Of a stretch of DNA of 64,000 bases, positions 49,158 to 57,328 are shown one piece after another. The DNA comes from an uncultured Chthonomonadaceae bacterium (GTDB taxonomy: Bacteria; Armatimonadota; Chthonomonadetes; Chthonomonadales; Chthonomonadaceae). The stretch covers positions 65,842-129,841 of the forward strand of contig CAWIEK010000050.1 of the NCBI GenBank assembly GCA_963835065.1, written 5' to 3'. Position numbers and translations under genes: made by a program. The notes under the pieces were generated by a model. It was not told where the DNA came from, did not search any database, and saw only the letters and a program-made list of their open reading frames with translations. Positions within the stretch are counted from its first letter, which is position 1. Every line of letters starts with the position of its first letter.

Positions 49158-49538
49158 ATGAAAACAACCGTTCTTACCCGACTGGTTCTCGCAGGCGCGC
49201 TGCTGTGCGTGGGCTTTGCGGCGCAGGCGCAGAACAGCATCCCCCGCTCGTCTTCGCCACCTCGCCCAACGGGTTCCTTCGGCACAGGATCCCGCCCGAT
49301 GGGGGGCATGATCGTGGGCAACAAAAACACAAAGGTCTACCACCTGCCCGGTGACAAAGGGGGGCTGCCATCGGCCAAAAACGCGGTGTATTTTCGGAGT
49401 GAGGCGCAAGCGCGGGCGGCAGGTTACCGTCCGGCAGGAACGCGCCGGACGCCCAACCCGCAACGTCCCGGCCACATGGGCAGCCCCGTGCGCCGGCCCC
49501 AGGGATCTTTTGGCACACCGACAGGAGCGCAACGTTAA
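49158..49538 (+). CDS. Small exported protein with KVYHxPG...FxSxxxAxxAGYRP motif
   Basis: Strong RBS GAAGGAGG; signal peptide MKTTVLTRLVLAGALLCVGFAAQA; Pro/Gly/Arg-rich flanks. Confidence 0.6.
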   Translation: MKTTVLTRLVLAGALLCVGFAAQAQNSIPRSSSPPRPTGSFGTGSRPMGGMIVGNKNTKVYHLPGDKGGLPSAKNAVYFRSEAQARAAGYRPAGTRRTPNPQRPGHMGSPVRRPQGSFGTPTGAQR

Positions 49539-49579
49539 TCCGCTGAAAATCCTGTCGAACAACAGGGAACGCAATAAAG

Positions 49580-49611
49580 GAGGCTTCCTGAACCATGCAT
49601 CAGGAAGCCTC
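49580..49611 (+). terminator. Hairpin terminator after the small exported protein gene
   Basis: 12-bp stem gaggcttcctga / tcaggaagcctc, 8-nt loop. Confidence 0.55.
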
Positions 49612-49837
49612 TTCCTTCCACTCAAGTTCTCGTTGGGCAGTTTTAACTGCCTCAGAAACAAGCAGAGCGCGACTTCAACACCCCTTCGGAGGTGCTGGCT
49701 ATCAAAGTTTGTTCCGCCTGCAAGCTATGACATTCCTTCGATAAGCGCGCCGCGCCCTCCGGCAATATATCCGGCAGGGCGCGGCGCGCGGCTTCAAACG
49801 GTTCAAACGGTTCTAACATCGGTGAAAAGGGAAGTGG

Positions 49838-50095
49838 CTACTCCTCGCCCTCGGCTTCCGCCGGCTTTTCGGTCGGCAGCAGTCCCAGGCTGGTTGCGCG
49901 GCGGAACGCCTGAACGCGGTTGGAGACTTGCAGTTTTTCGTAGATATTCGCCAGGTGAAAATCCACAGTGCGCTTGCTCACATACAGCAAATCCGCCACT
50001 TCCTTGCTCGACTTGCCTTCGATTACCAGGGTCAGCACTTCTATTTCACGCTTGGTTAGTTTTACGGGTTCGTTCTCGGGTTTGGGCACATTCAT
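49838..50095 (-). CDS. LuxR/GerE-type HTH protein (stand-alone DNA-binding domain)
   Basis: LTKREIEVLTLVIEGKSSKEVADLLYVSKRTVDFHLANIYEKLQVSNRVQA. Confidence 0.8.
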   Translation of the reverse strand: MNVPKPENEPVKLTKREIEVLTLVIEGKSSKEVADLLYVSKRTVDFHLANIYEKLQVSNRVQAFRRATSLGLLPTEKPAEAEGEE

Positions 50096-50294
50096 TCAAT
50101 TATCCTTGCCTGCTTATGGTTTATTTCTGAATAGATGCAGCGTTAGGTATGATTGCCGATTCCTATAGTATGTTCACCGGCAACTTCATATTTCCACACT
50201 GCCCGGCCTTCTTGCTATGTTTTGTGCGAGAATTCGCGCCAAAAACGTAGAATCTAGTATATGTACTGGAAAATACAGGCAAATTACCCGCAAC

Positions 50295-50325
50295 AAAAAA
50301 GCCTCTCTCCTACAAGGAGAGGGGC
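50295..50325 (-). terminator. Minus-strand Rho-independent terminator, apparently orphaned from the DUF4230-like gene by the cassette insertion
   Basis: Stem gcctctctcc / ggagaggggc (one mismatch) preceded on the plus strand by AAAAAA (T6 on the minus strand). About 18 nt downstream (minus sense) of the duplicated EFYF-stop remnant. Confidence 0.55.
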
Positions 50326-50369
50326 TTGGGCGAGGACACGAAAATTAGAAGTAGAACTCTCGGCAAATG

Positions 50370-50430
50370 GTTGTTAAATTTTTACAACAGCCTTGACATA
50401 TCTTCCAACATGTTGTAAAATATATACAAC
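50370..50430 (+). promoter_or_regulatory. Consensus-like promoter (TTGACA 50393-50398, 17-nt spacer, TAAAAT 50416-50421) flanked/overlapped by two GTTGT-N9-ACAAC palindromes
   Basis: Palindromes at 50370-50388 (gttgttaaatttttacaac) and 50412-50430 (gttgtaaaatatatacaac); the second covers the -10 element. Confidence 0.55.
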
Positions 50431-50538
50431 ACCATCCGCGCAAGATGGCGTCATTGCAGGAAGCCCACGACGGCTTCCATTCTTCAAACTAAAGACTTGA
50501 AAAGGAGCCTGCGTTAGACCCCAACGAGGAGACAACTA

Positions 50539-50916
50539 TTGACCACACCAACCACCTTTGGGGAGTACATCAAGGAGCTGCGTCTCGAACAGCGTGTCTC
50601 GCTGCGCGCGTTTGCCGAGTCTATCGGCTCCGATCCCGGCAATTACAGCAAAATTGAACGGGGAAAGATGGCTCCTCCTGCCGATGCTGCGAAGCTGGAC
50701 ATCTATCGCAAAGCGTTGTGCCTTGATGCCAATGATTTGCGGTGGCGTGAAGCGGTGCGTCTTGCTTCCATTCATCGCGGCGAAGTGCCGCCTCGCATAC
50801 TTAATGATGAACAGTTGGTAGGCAAACTGCCCGCGCTGTTCCGCACACTGGAAGGAGATGCCGTTGATGAAACCTTGCTCGATGAGCTAATCGCCACTAT
50901 ACGAAGGGAGTATTAG
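50539..50916 (+). CDS. XRE-family helix-turn-helix transcriptional regulator
   Basis: TTG 50539 lies 7 nt after GAGGAG. Peptide FGEYIKELRLEQRVSLRAFAESIGSDPGNYSKIERGK (HTH_3-like). Confidence 0.8.
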   Translation: MTTPTTFGEYIKELRLEQRVSLRAFAESIGSDPGNYSKIERGKMAPPADAAKLDIYRKALCLDANDLRWREAVRLASIHRGEVPPRILNDEQLVGKLPALFRTLEGDAVDETLLDELIATIRREY

Positions 50917-50921
50917 ATTGC

Positions 50922-51515
50922 GTGAACATACCATTTCTTCCAGATGAAATGCTTGAAGAACAGGCTGAAGCCTTTCTTGCCAAGTATCTGCCTCAGAGGG
51001 TTATTCCCATTCCAATTGAGGAGATACTGGAAACGGATTTCCGCGTCGGAGTTGTGCCTATTCCGGGTTTCAGCGACCGTTTCGGCGTTGTTGGTTACCT
51101 CAGTACGGATCAGCAGGATTTGATGATTGATGAAAAAGTCATGACGCGGTATCCTGCCCGGTATCGTTTTACCATCGCGCATGAATTGGCGCACCTGCTT
51201 CTGCACGGCGACTACATACGGGAAAATTGCCCGGCTAACATTGCCGACTGGAAACGCTGGCTGATCGCAAGGGACGCCAAACTGTACACGCGCATGGAAA
51301 CGCAAGCCAATCGCATGGCCGGTATGCTGCTGGTTCCACGCGCTGAATTAGCGGAAGCATGGGAGCGGGCGCAACAGTACGCCGAAGAGCGTGGCATTGA
51401 TACTACCGAGTTGGATCAGTTTGGGGTCGCGCATCTGGCGGAATGGATTGCCCGTGAATTTGAGGTGTCCGGCAAAGTCGTGGAAATCGCGCTTGAACGC
51501 TGCAAACTGGTGTAG
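50922..51515 (+). CDS. ImmA/IrrE family metallopeptidase (DUF955)
   Basis: HEXXH motif in FTIAHELAHLLLHGDY with downstream E..AN..A segment (METQANRMAGMLLVPR), typical of ImmA/IrrE. Confidence 0.85.
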   Translation: MNIPFLPDEMLEEQAEAFLAKYLPQRVIPIPIEEILETDFRVGVVPIPGFSDRFGVVGYLSTDQQDLMIDEKVMTRYPARYRFTIAHELAHLLLHGDYIRENCPANIADWKRWLIARDAKLYTRMETQANRMAGMLLVPRAELAEAWERAQQYAEERGIDTTELDQFGVAHLAEWIAREFEVSGKVVEIALERCKLV

Positions 51516-51747
51516 CTCAAGCAAATGGCAGGCTGAATGTCTGTTTTACATAGTAACTCTGGAAGAAAAGCAAAAAGCGACAGGTTGCAACCCGTCGCTC
51601 CAGCCGCCTTCCAACGTCCTGAATGGGCGTCAGTCTGCAATGACCTCACAACCCATTGTAACATACGACGCCCTATACCGCAAGAACGAAATAGCGTTTA
51701 ACATGAGTATACTCTGGCCTATGTGATTATTTGGGGAGGATGCTGAT

Positions 51748-52257
51748 ATGTCCGATCAACTTACAATTCCCTCAACGCAAAATAAACTTTCTTCCAATTA
51801 CAAGCATCCCGTTGTAAAAGAACTTGCTCTTCTGCTTACAAACGCAAGTTTGCAAGCAGTTCCTTTAGTCGGTTCGCCTATAGCTGCGCTTATATTTGGC
51901 GGTATCTCTCTTGCTAAAGAACGACGGGCACAGGCCTACTTGGAAGAGTTGGAACAAAATCTGCATGAACTTGGCGAAGATACCATTTCACGTGAGGAGT
52001 TCACACATTTATTTACAATCACAGCCCGTGCAGCCTTAAACACACAACAAGAAGAAAAAATACGACGCTTCGCCCAGTTATTTGCGAGTTTCGCAAATGG
52101 GAGCAATTTTGATCGTATTAGCGAGTATGAAGAGGCCGCACAGATTGTAACTGAATTGTCTGAACGGGAATTTCAAGTTCTCTTGATACTTGATTTGCAC
52201 GAACGTACTGCACCCATTGATGCGCCTCCCGAACTGCGACGAACTTCAAAATCTTAA
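51748..52257 (+). CDS. Hypothetical protein, cassette cargo 1
   Basis: Strong RBS GGGGAGGA 8 nt upstream. Hydrophobic segment AVPLVGSPIAALIFGGISLA followed by helical/coiled region; no family recognised. Confidence 0.55.
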   Translation: MSDQLTIPSTQNKLSSNYKHPVVKELALLLTNASLQAVPLVGSPIAALIFGGISLAKERRAQAYLEELEQNLHELGEDTISREEFTHLFTITARAALNTQQEEKIRRFAQLFASFANGSNFDRISEYEEAAQIVTELSEREFQVLLILDLHERTAPIDAPPELRRTSKS

Positions 52258-52261
52258 TGGC

Positions 52262-52648
52262 ATGTTCTGGGTACCCTTTCTTGATATGGTAGAGCAGGAG
52301 ACGGGTATACCACTTTCTGAAATTCCGGGCGTACTTGAGCGGTTACGCCGTAGCGGGCTATACCAAACTTGGCCGAATAGTCAGGGCGGAGGATTTCTTC
52401 ACAAGGGCATTGTCATTGATCATGATTTAGGACATCTAACGGCTAATTTTGACGTTTTGATGCATCTACTCCAGCACGAAACTACAAACCTGAAAGATAA
52501 CCCAATAAATGGTACATCTCACCTAACAGAACCTGCACAGCGTGTGGATGACGTCTACTTTCGTATCTCTTCTAACTACACAGAAGAGGAGGCAGAAAGA
52601 ATTTTACAAAGCATTGACGATAATACAGGATATATCTTTGTTGGATAG
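52262..52648 (+). CDS. Hypothetical protein, cassette cargo 2 (possibly fused to cargo 1)
   Basis: ATG lies 5 nt after the upstream TAA, no RBS. GIPLSEIPGVLERLRRSGLYQ is reminiscent of a winged-helix. The same frame is open back to 52190. Confidence 0.45.
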   Translation: MFWVPFLDMVEQETGIPLSEIPGVLERLRRSGLYQTWPNSQGGGFLHKGIVIDHDLGHLTANFDVLMHLLQHETTNLKDNPINGTSHLTEPAQRVDDVYFRISSNYTEEEAERILQSIDDNTGYIFVG

Positions 52649-52802
52649 ATAAAGAGGTCTCCTGATATGCACATGGGCAGCCCACGTGATCCATACAGAT
52701 ACACAGTAAATACTACACTCGCGCACTCTGCACAAACTATCGCAGATCGTTTGAGCAAGTTTCCAGAAATTGATGTAGTATCCTTCAATAAAAACATTTG
52801 TA

Positions 52803-53441
52803 CTAAAAGTAGAACTCTACGTCGCGGCCCAACGTCTGCTGCATCTGGCGCAGGGTTTGCGCGGCATTGGCCTGCGCCTGCTGACAGATGCCGCTTTTCT
52901 CTGCCGCTTCCCGAAACTGCTGCGAGGCTTTTTCCTGCGCTTTGGGCACGATGTTGTCGTCGTGCCACACCAGACCCGGATCGCTCTGCTCCACGCGCAC
53001 CCGGACGTTCGGCGGATAAATCGTAACGGGCGGCAAATGGACGCGCCAGACGGTTTTGCCGTCCACGTTCTTGGTCGCGGTCACATCTTTGGCGGACAGG
53101 GTTGACAGGTCTACGCCCGCTTCCACCGTGCCTTCGGCCACGACAAGCGCCTGATTGCGGGTCGCCCAATGCACCACGTTCGACACGCCCGGCATGTTCC
53201 CGATCATGCCTTCCGGTTCCACCTGCGTTTCCTGCCGCACGATGTCTTTCATCTTGAACGACGCGGAATGAAGCTGTCCGATTTTCTGCATGGCGAGAAC
53301 AACCGGCCCCATTTCGGGCGGCAGGTCACGCCGATGCGCCTGCCCGATGTTCCACAGCCAGGTTCCCGCCAGCCACACGCCCACAAACGCGCCGATGATG
53401 CGCCACGCCCATCTGCGCGGCCTGCCTGTCGTTCTTGCCAT
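52803..53441 (-). CDS. Membrane-anchored hypothetical protein (DUF4230-like)
   Basis: N-terminal anchor WAWRIIGAFVGVWLAGTWLW. Overall pattern (..EAGVDLS..) resembles DUF4230; family call is tentative. Confidence 0.55.
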   Translation of the reverse strand: MARTTGRPRRWAWRIIGAFVGVWLAGTWLWNIGQAHRRDLPPEMGPVVLAMQKIGQLHSASFKMKDIVRQETQVEPEGMIGNMPGVSNVVHWATRNQALVVAEGTVEAGVDLSTLSAKDVTATKNVDGKTVWRVHLPPVTIYPPNVRVRVEQSDPGLVWHDDNIVPKAQEKASQQFREAAEKSGICQQAQANAAQTLRQMQQTLGRDVEFYF

Positions 53442-53464
53442 GTCAAAAAACCTCTTTTCAGAAT

Positions 53465-53720
53465 GTCGGTGTTAGGTATTCGGTATTCGGTGTTCGGGCA
53501 CTTGTCAGTGTCAGCCGGTTCCGCGCCGAAAATTGGTTCGGAAGCGATCACAAGTCGTTGTGAGCGGTATGTCTGTACCAGACAGAGATACCTGATTTAT
53601 TCTTATTGTATCTTATATAGGACGACTTCGCAGAGAGTTTCATTCTTTTCTTTTGCGCTTCGCGGCTATACCTCCCTGTAACCATCGAACCATCAAAATC
53701 CCGAACACCGAATACCGACA
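53465..53720. repeat. Heptamer inverted pair (GGTGTTA/GGTATTC-type 53465-53498; CGAACAC/CGAATAC-type 53700-53720) with ~200-nt spacer
   Basis: The arms are partial reverse complements; located between two minus-strand genes. Confidence 0.7.
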
Positions 53721-53721
53721 T

Positions 53722-55824
53722 TTACCTAACGGTTACGCCAAGCTGGTCAAATAGAAAACACAATTCGTCGGTCAGGTCTTCGATCACTTTGCCCATCGGA
53801 CGAGTTCCCATGTGGCCGGATTTCGTGTCGTAGTGCAGCAGTATGGGACGGTCCGAACCCGTCTGCGCCTGCAGCAGCGCGGCCATTTTGCGGGCATGGA
53901 GCGGCGCGACGCGGGTATCCGCATCCCCCGTCACGAACATTACGGCAGGGTATTTCGCGCCGGGCGTGACCCGATGGTAGGGCGAGTATGCGTACAGGGT
54001 TTGGAACTGTTCCGCGTCTTCGGAGGAGCCGTATTCCGGCACCCAGTAGCGGGCCACGAGAAACTGATGGTAGCGCACCATATCGAGCAGAGGAACCGCG
54101 CAAATCACCGCCCGGAACAGGTCGGGACGTTGCGTGAGCGCCGCGCCCACGAGCAAGCCGCCGTTGCTGCCGCCCATGATGGCGAGTTTATCCGGGTTGG
54201 TGATGTTCTGCGCCGTCAGCCACTCGGCAGCGGCCAGAAAGTCGTCGAACGTGTTCTGCTTGTTGGCAAGCATCCCCGCCCGGTGCCACTCCTCGCCGTA
54301 TTCGCCGCCGCCGCGCAGGTTCGCCACCGCGTACACCCCGCCCTGCTCCGCCCACAACGTCGCAAACGAGGAGAAATAGGGCGTCATGCTGGCCGTAAAG
54401 CCGCCATACCCGTACAGCAGCGTGGGACGCGCGCCGTCAAGCGCAAGCCCTTTTTGATGCAGCAGGAACATCGGTACGCGCGTCCCGTCTTTGGACGTGT
54501 AAAACACCTGCTTCACTTCAAAGCGGGCCGGGTCAATGGGCACGTTCATACGCGCCCATTCGCTTGTCGCGCCCGTTTCCATATCATAGCGCGTAACCAC
54601 AGCCGGAACCGCAAACGACGTGAAAGTATAAAACGTTTCCGGGCTGTCCCAACGCCCATACAGGCCGCTGGCCGAGCCGAGCGTGGGCAATTCAATGTCG
54701 CGCAGGTGCGTTCCCGCCGCGTCGAAAACCCGGACGCGGGAACTCACGTCCTGCAAATAGTTCAGCACGATATGCCCGCCCGCGAGTGAAAACCCTTCCA
54801 TGACGGCATCAGGCGATGTGGGAACCAGTTCGCGCAATTGTTCGGCAGGCAGGGGCGTATCTGTCGGGCGCGTTAAATCCAACTGCGCCAGGTCAACCGT
54901 CAGCAGGCGCTCGTTGGGCGCGTTCCAGTTGGTTTGCAGGTACAAATTGTCGCCGCCAATGTCGCCGTAAAACCGCGCTTCAATAGTGGTAATCAAGGGC
55001 ACAATGGGGTTTTCGCCGCTTCCGTCTTTATTCAGCCGTTGAATGTACAGATCGGTTTTGGTGGCGGCGGAACCATAAAAGACGTTGAACAGCAGATAGC
55101 GTCCGTCTTCGGAAATCTGGACGGTGATGTACTTGCCCTTGTCGTACCGCGCGCCAAATATTTCCACATTCCCGGCCATGTCCGCGCCGAGCGTATGTCG
55201 GTAAGCGCGAGGGCCGTTGTCGGTTTCCAGCGAATAGTATAGCGTCTGCTTGTCCTGTGTCAGCGTGGTACTCATAAAGCGGGCGCGGGGCAGTACGTCG
55301 GCCAAATCCGTCTTATCCGCCACATTGAGAAACCGGATTTCAACCTCGTCCTCGCCGCCCTGCCGAATTCCATACACGAGCAGCGAACCGTCGTCGGAAA
55401 TATCCTGCATGGAAACCGTCACTGATTGATCCGCGCTCAGGGTATGGGGGTCAATCAGAACCTCGTCTTCGCCGCCCAATCCCACGCGGCGATACAAGAC
55501 GGGCAATTCCTCATCGGCGCGGCGCTTGCTGAAAAAGTAAGCGTTGTGCCGAACAGTGGGGATGCCGATGGAATCAATACGCGCCAACTGGTTCAACCGT
55601 TGCTCAATCAAATCTCTTCCCGGTGTTTGGGCAAGCAGATGGCGCGTATAAGCGTCCTGTTCCGCAATCCAGGCGCGGGTTTCCGGGCTGTCCTGATCTT
55701 CCAGCCACCGGTACGGGTCCATAACGTCAACGTCGTGCAGCGTTTCGACAACATTGTCCTGCCGCGCGGGAAGGGGGCGCGTTGGAATTACATTCCCCGT
55801 CTGTGAACCTGTATCTGCGGTCAT
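53722..55824 (-). CDS. Prolyl oligopeptidase (S9A family)
   Basis: [19 protein letters not shown]-terminal motif, catalytic GGSNGGLL, C-terminal D/H region. Confidence 0.9.
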   Translation of the reverse strand: MTADTGSQTGNVIPTRPLPARQDNVVETLHDVDVMDPYRWLEDQDSPETRAWIAEQDAYTRHLLAQTPGRDLIEQRLNQLARIDSIGIPTVRHNAYFFSKRRADEELPVLYRRVGLGGEDEVLIDPHTLSADQSVTVSMQDISDDGSLLVYGIRQGGEDEVEIRFLNVADKTDLADVLPRARFMSTTLTQDKQTLYYSLETDNGPRAYRHTLGADMAGNVEIFGARYDKGKYITVQISEDGRYLLFNVFYGSAATKTDLYIQRLNKDGSGENPIVPLITTIEARFYGDIGGDNLYLQTNWNAPNERLLTVDLAQLDLTRPTDTPLPAEQLRELVPTSPDAVMEGFSLAGGHIVLNYLQDVSSRVRVFDAAGTHLRDIELPTLGSASGLYGRWDSPETFYTFTSFAVPAVVTRYDMETGATSEWARMNVPIDPARFEVKQVFYTSKDGTRVPMFLLHQKGLALDGARPTLLYGYGGFTASMTPYFSSFATLWAEQGGVYAVANLRGGGEYGEEWHRAGMLANKQNTFDDFLAAAEWLTAQNITNPDKLAIMGGSNGGLLVGAALTQRPDLFRAVICAVPLLDMVRYHQFLVARYWVPEYGSSEDAEQFQTLYAYSPYHRVTPGAKYPAVMFVTGDADTRVAPLHARKMAALLQAQTGSDRPILLHYDTKSGHMGTRPMGKVIEDLTDELCFLFDQLGVTVR

Positions 55825-55944
55825 ATTTCAGCATCCTTTGGGTTAATTTTCAACTTTTTGAAGCGGGCTTTACCTTTCATTGGCAAACCCGATAACAGAT
55901 TTACGAAGTTCAGAGCCTATTCATTTCAATTTTATCAACACGCG

Positions 55945-55979
55945 CAAAAATAAAGGCAGGCTCCCCGTAAAAGCCTGCC
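55945..55979 (-). terminator. Minus-strand terminator after the PHP gene
   Basis: Stem ggcaggct / agcctgcc preceded on the plus strand by an A-rich run (T-run on the minus strand). Confidence 0.55.
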
Positions 55980-56004
55980 ACTGGTTCTTCGCTTAATCAG
56001 ATAA

Positions 56005-56967
56005 TCAGAAAGAGGAGGTAACCGCAAGATTAAACCTAACTTGCTTTGCCTGCCGATGCTGCCGAATAGCGGTCAGCAGATGATAAGGCGCGGGGCTGCC
56101 TTCGGGAGCGTTGAGGTCGGGACGTTCCACTGCGCCAAGCCTTACTTTGGGCTTGACGGACGGGCCGTGAAAATCCGACCCGCCCGAAGTGAGCAGGCCA
56201 TGCCGCGCGGCCAGATCAAGGTAACGCGCCGTGTCTTCTGAGGAGTGCAGGTTGTAACGCGCTTCGATGCCGTCCAAGCCCATGTCGCGCAACTGCAAAA
56301 TGTAGGCTTCCGTGGCTTCGCAGGAGCCGCGCTTGCAGTTGTTGGGATGTGCGAGAATCGCCACTCCGCCCGCCGCGTGGATGAGATATATGGCCTCTTT
56401 CGCCGTGACTTTTTCTTTCGGAACGTTGCCCTTCGCGCTTTCCGCCAGATACACGTCAAACGCTTCCTGCACACTGCCGACCAGCCCTTTTTAAATCAGC
56501 ACACGGGCAAAATGCGGACGCGCAATGATATCGCCGCCCGCAATGGCTTCTACTTCTTCCAGCGTAATGTGAATGTTCCGGCTTTTCAGTTCGTCAAGGC
56601 TGTTCAGTTTGTCCACCATGCGAGCGTTGCGATTGACTCGATTTTCCTGAATGTCATGCAGGCGGGAAAGCAAAACGGGATTGTTTGGATCAATGCCCAA
56701 TCCTAAAATATGGCACTGCCCCCGCTTTTCGCCCGGAACCGCCTCGATTTCCGCGCTCAACTCGATTCCCGCAATCACTTCCACGCCCAAGCGCCGCCCC
56801 GCTTCCAGGGCTTCGGCAACGCCGTCCGTTGTATCGTGATCCGTAACGGCAATCGCCGTCAATCCCGCTTCTTTGGCAAGCGCGACAAGCTGCGTCGGGG
56901 ATTGGTCGCCATCTGAAGCGGTCGTATGGGCGTGAAGATCAACACAGCGCAATTCGGGTTCCGGCAT
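56005..56967 (-). pseudogene. PHP-domain phosphoesterase (TrpH/YciV-like) interrupted by an in-frame TAA
   Basis: DLHAHTTASDG...VTDHDT (ORF 56491..56967) and ILAHP...GGSDFHG (ORF 56005..56472) are in the same frame, separated only by TAA at 56491-56493 (..FARVLI*KGLVGSVQEAF..). Confidence 0.8.
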
Positions 56968-56978
56968 GACAGGCTCCT

Positions 56979-57027
56979 GTTAGGCATTAGGCATTAGGCA
57001 TTAGATATTAGATATTAGATATTAGGG
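56979..57027. repeat. Two adjacent heptamer arrays (TAGGCAT)x3 + (TAGATAT)x3
   Basis: gttaggcattaggcattaggcattagatattagatattagatattaggg. Confidence 0.85.
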
Positions 57028-57328
57028 CTACAGTTTGAGATGTGAACGAGAATATCGAACAGCTGCCTGCGCTCAAAGCAGGGGCGGCTCCCCTTGAGGA
57101 GTGCTGCTCACAGGTGGCGCAGAACTGCTTGATGTGGTTGTAGAAAGCGTACCAGAACTTCTTTCGCCGCGTCAAGCAAGGACCTGCGAACAGAAGCCTT
57201 TACCTTATAAGTGTGGGGAGCCGTCATGCAGAAACATTTGTACGCGATAAGCGTAAAATTGTTGGTAAGTTTTTCAGGCAGGCGGCAGGTTTAACCAATA
57301 GCCGCTTGAACAGGAGAGATCACAACAC

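Larger units (their letters stand above)
50346..52818. mobile_element. ~2.4-kb inserted cassette (XRE, ImmA/IrrE, two unknown ORFs) bounded by imperfect 15-nt direct repeats
   Basis: tagaagtagaactct (50346-50360) vs taaaagtagaactct (52804-52818), 14/15 identical. The interior is visibly AT-richer. No recombinase gene is present. Confidence 0.5.

Noticed and set aside
56491-56493. Stop-codon recoding (selenocysteine/pyrrolysine/readthrough) in the PHP gene
   Set aside because: The codon is TAA, not TGA or TAG, and no SECIS-like hairpin is evident downstream. A simple nonsense substitution or base error is more parsimonious.
57028-57328. Possible IS/integrase remnant between the PHP gene and katE (minus-strand peptide ..KKFWYAFYNHIKQFCATCEQ.. 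faintly like an integrase zinc-binding motif)
   Set aside because: It is only ~20 residues of weak resemblance, with no extended ORF, no terminal repeats and no catalytic motifs.
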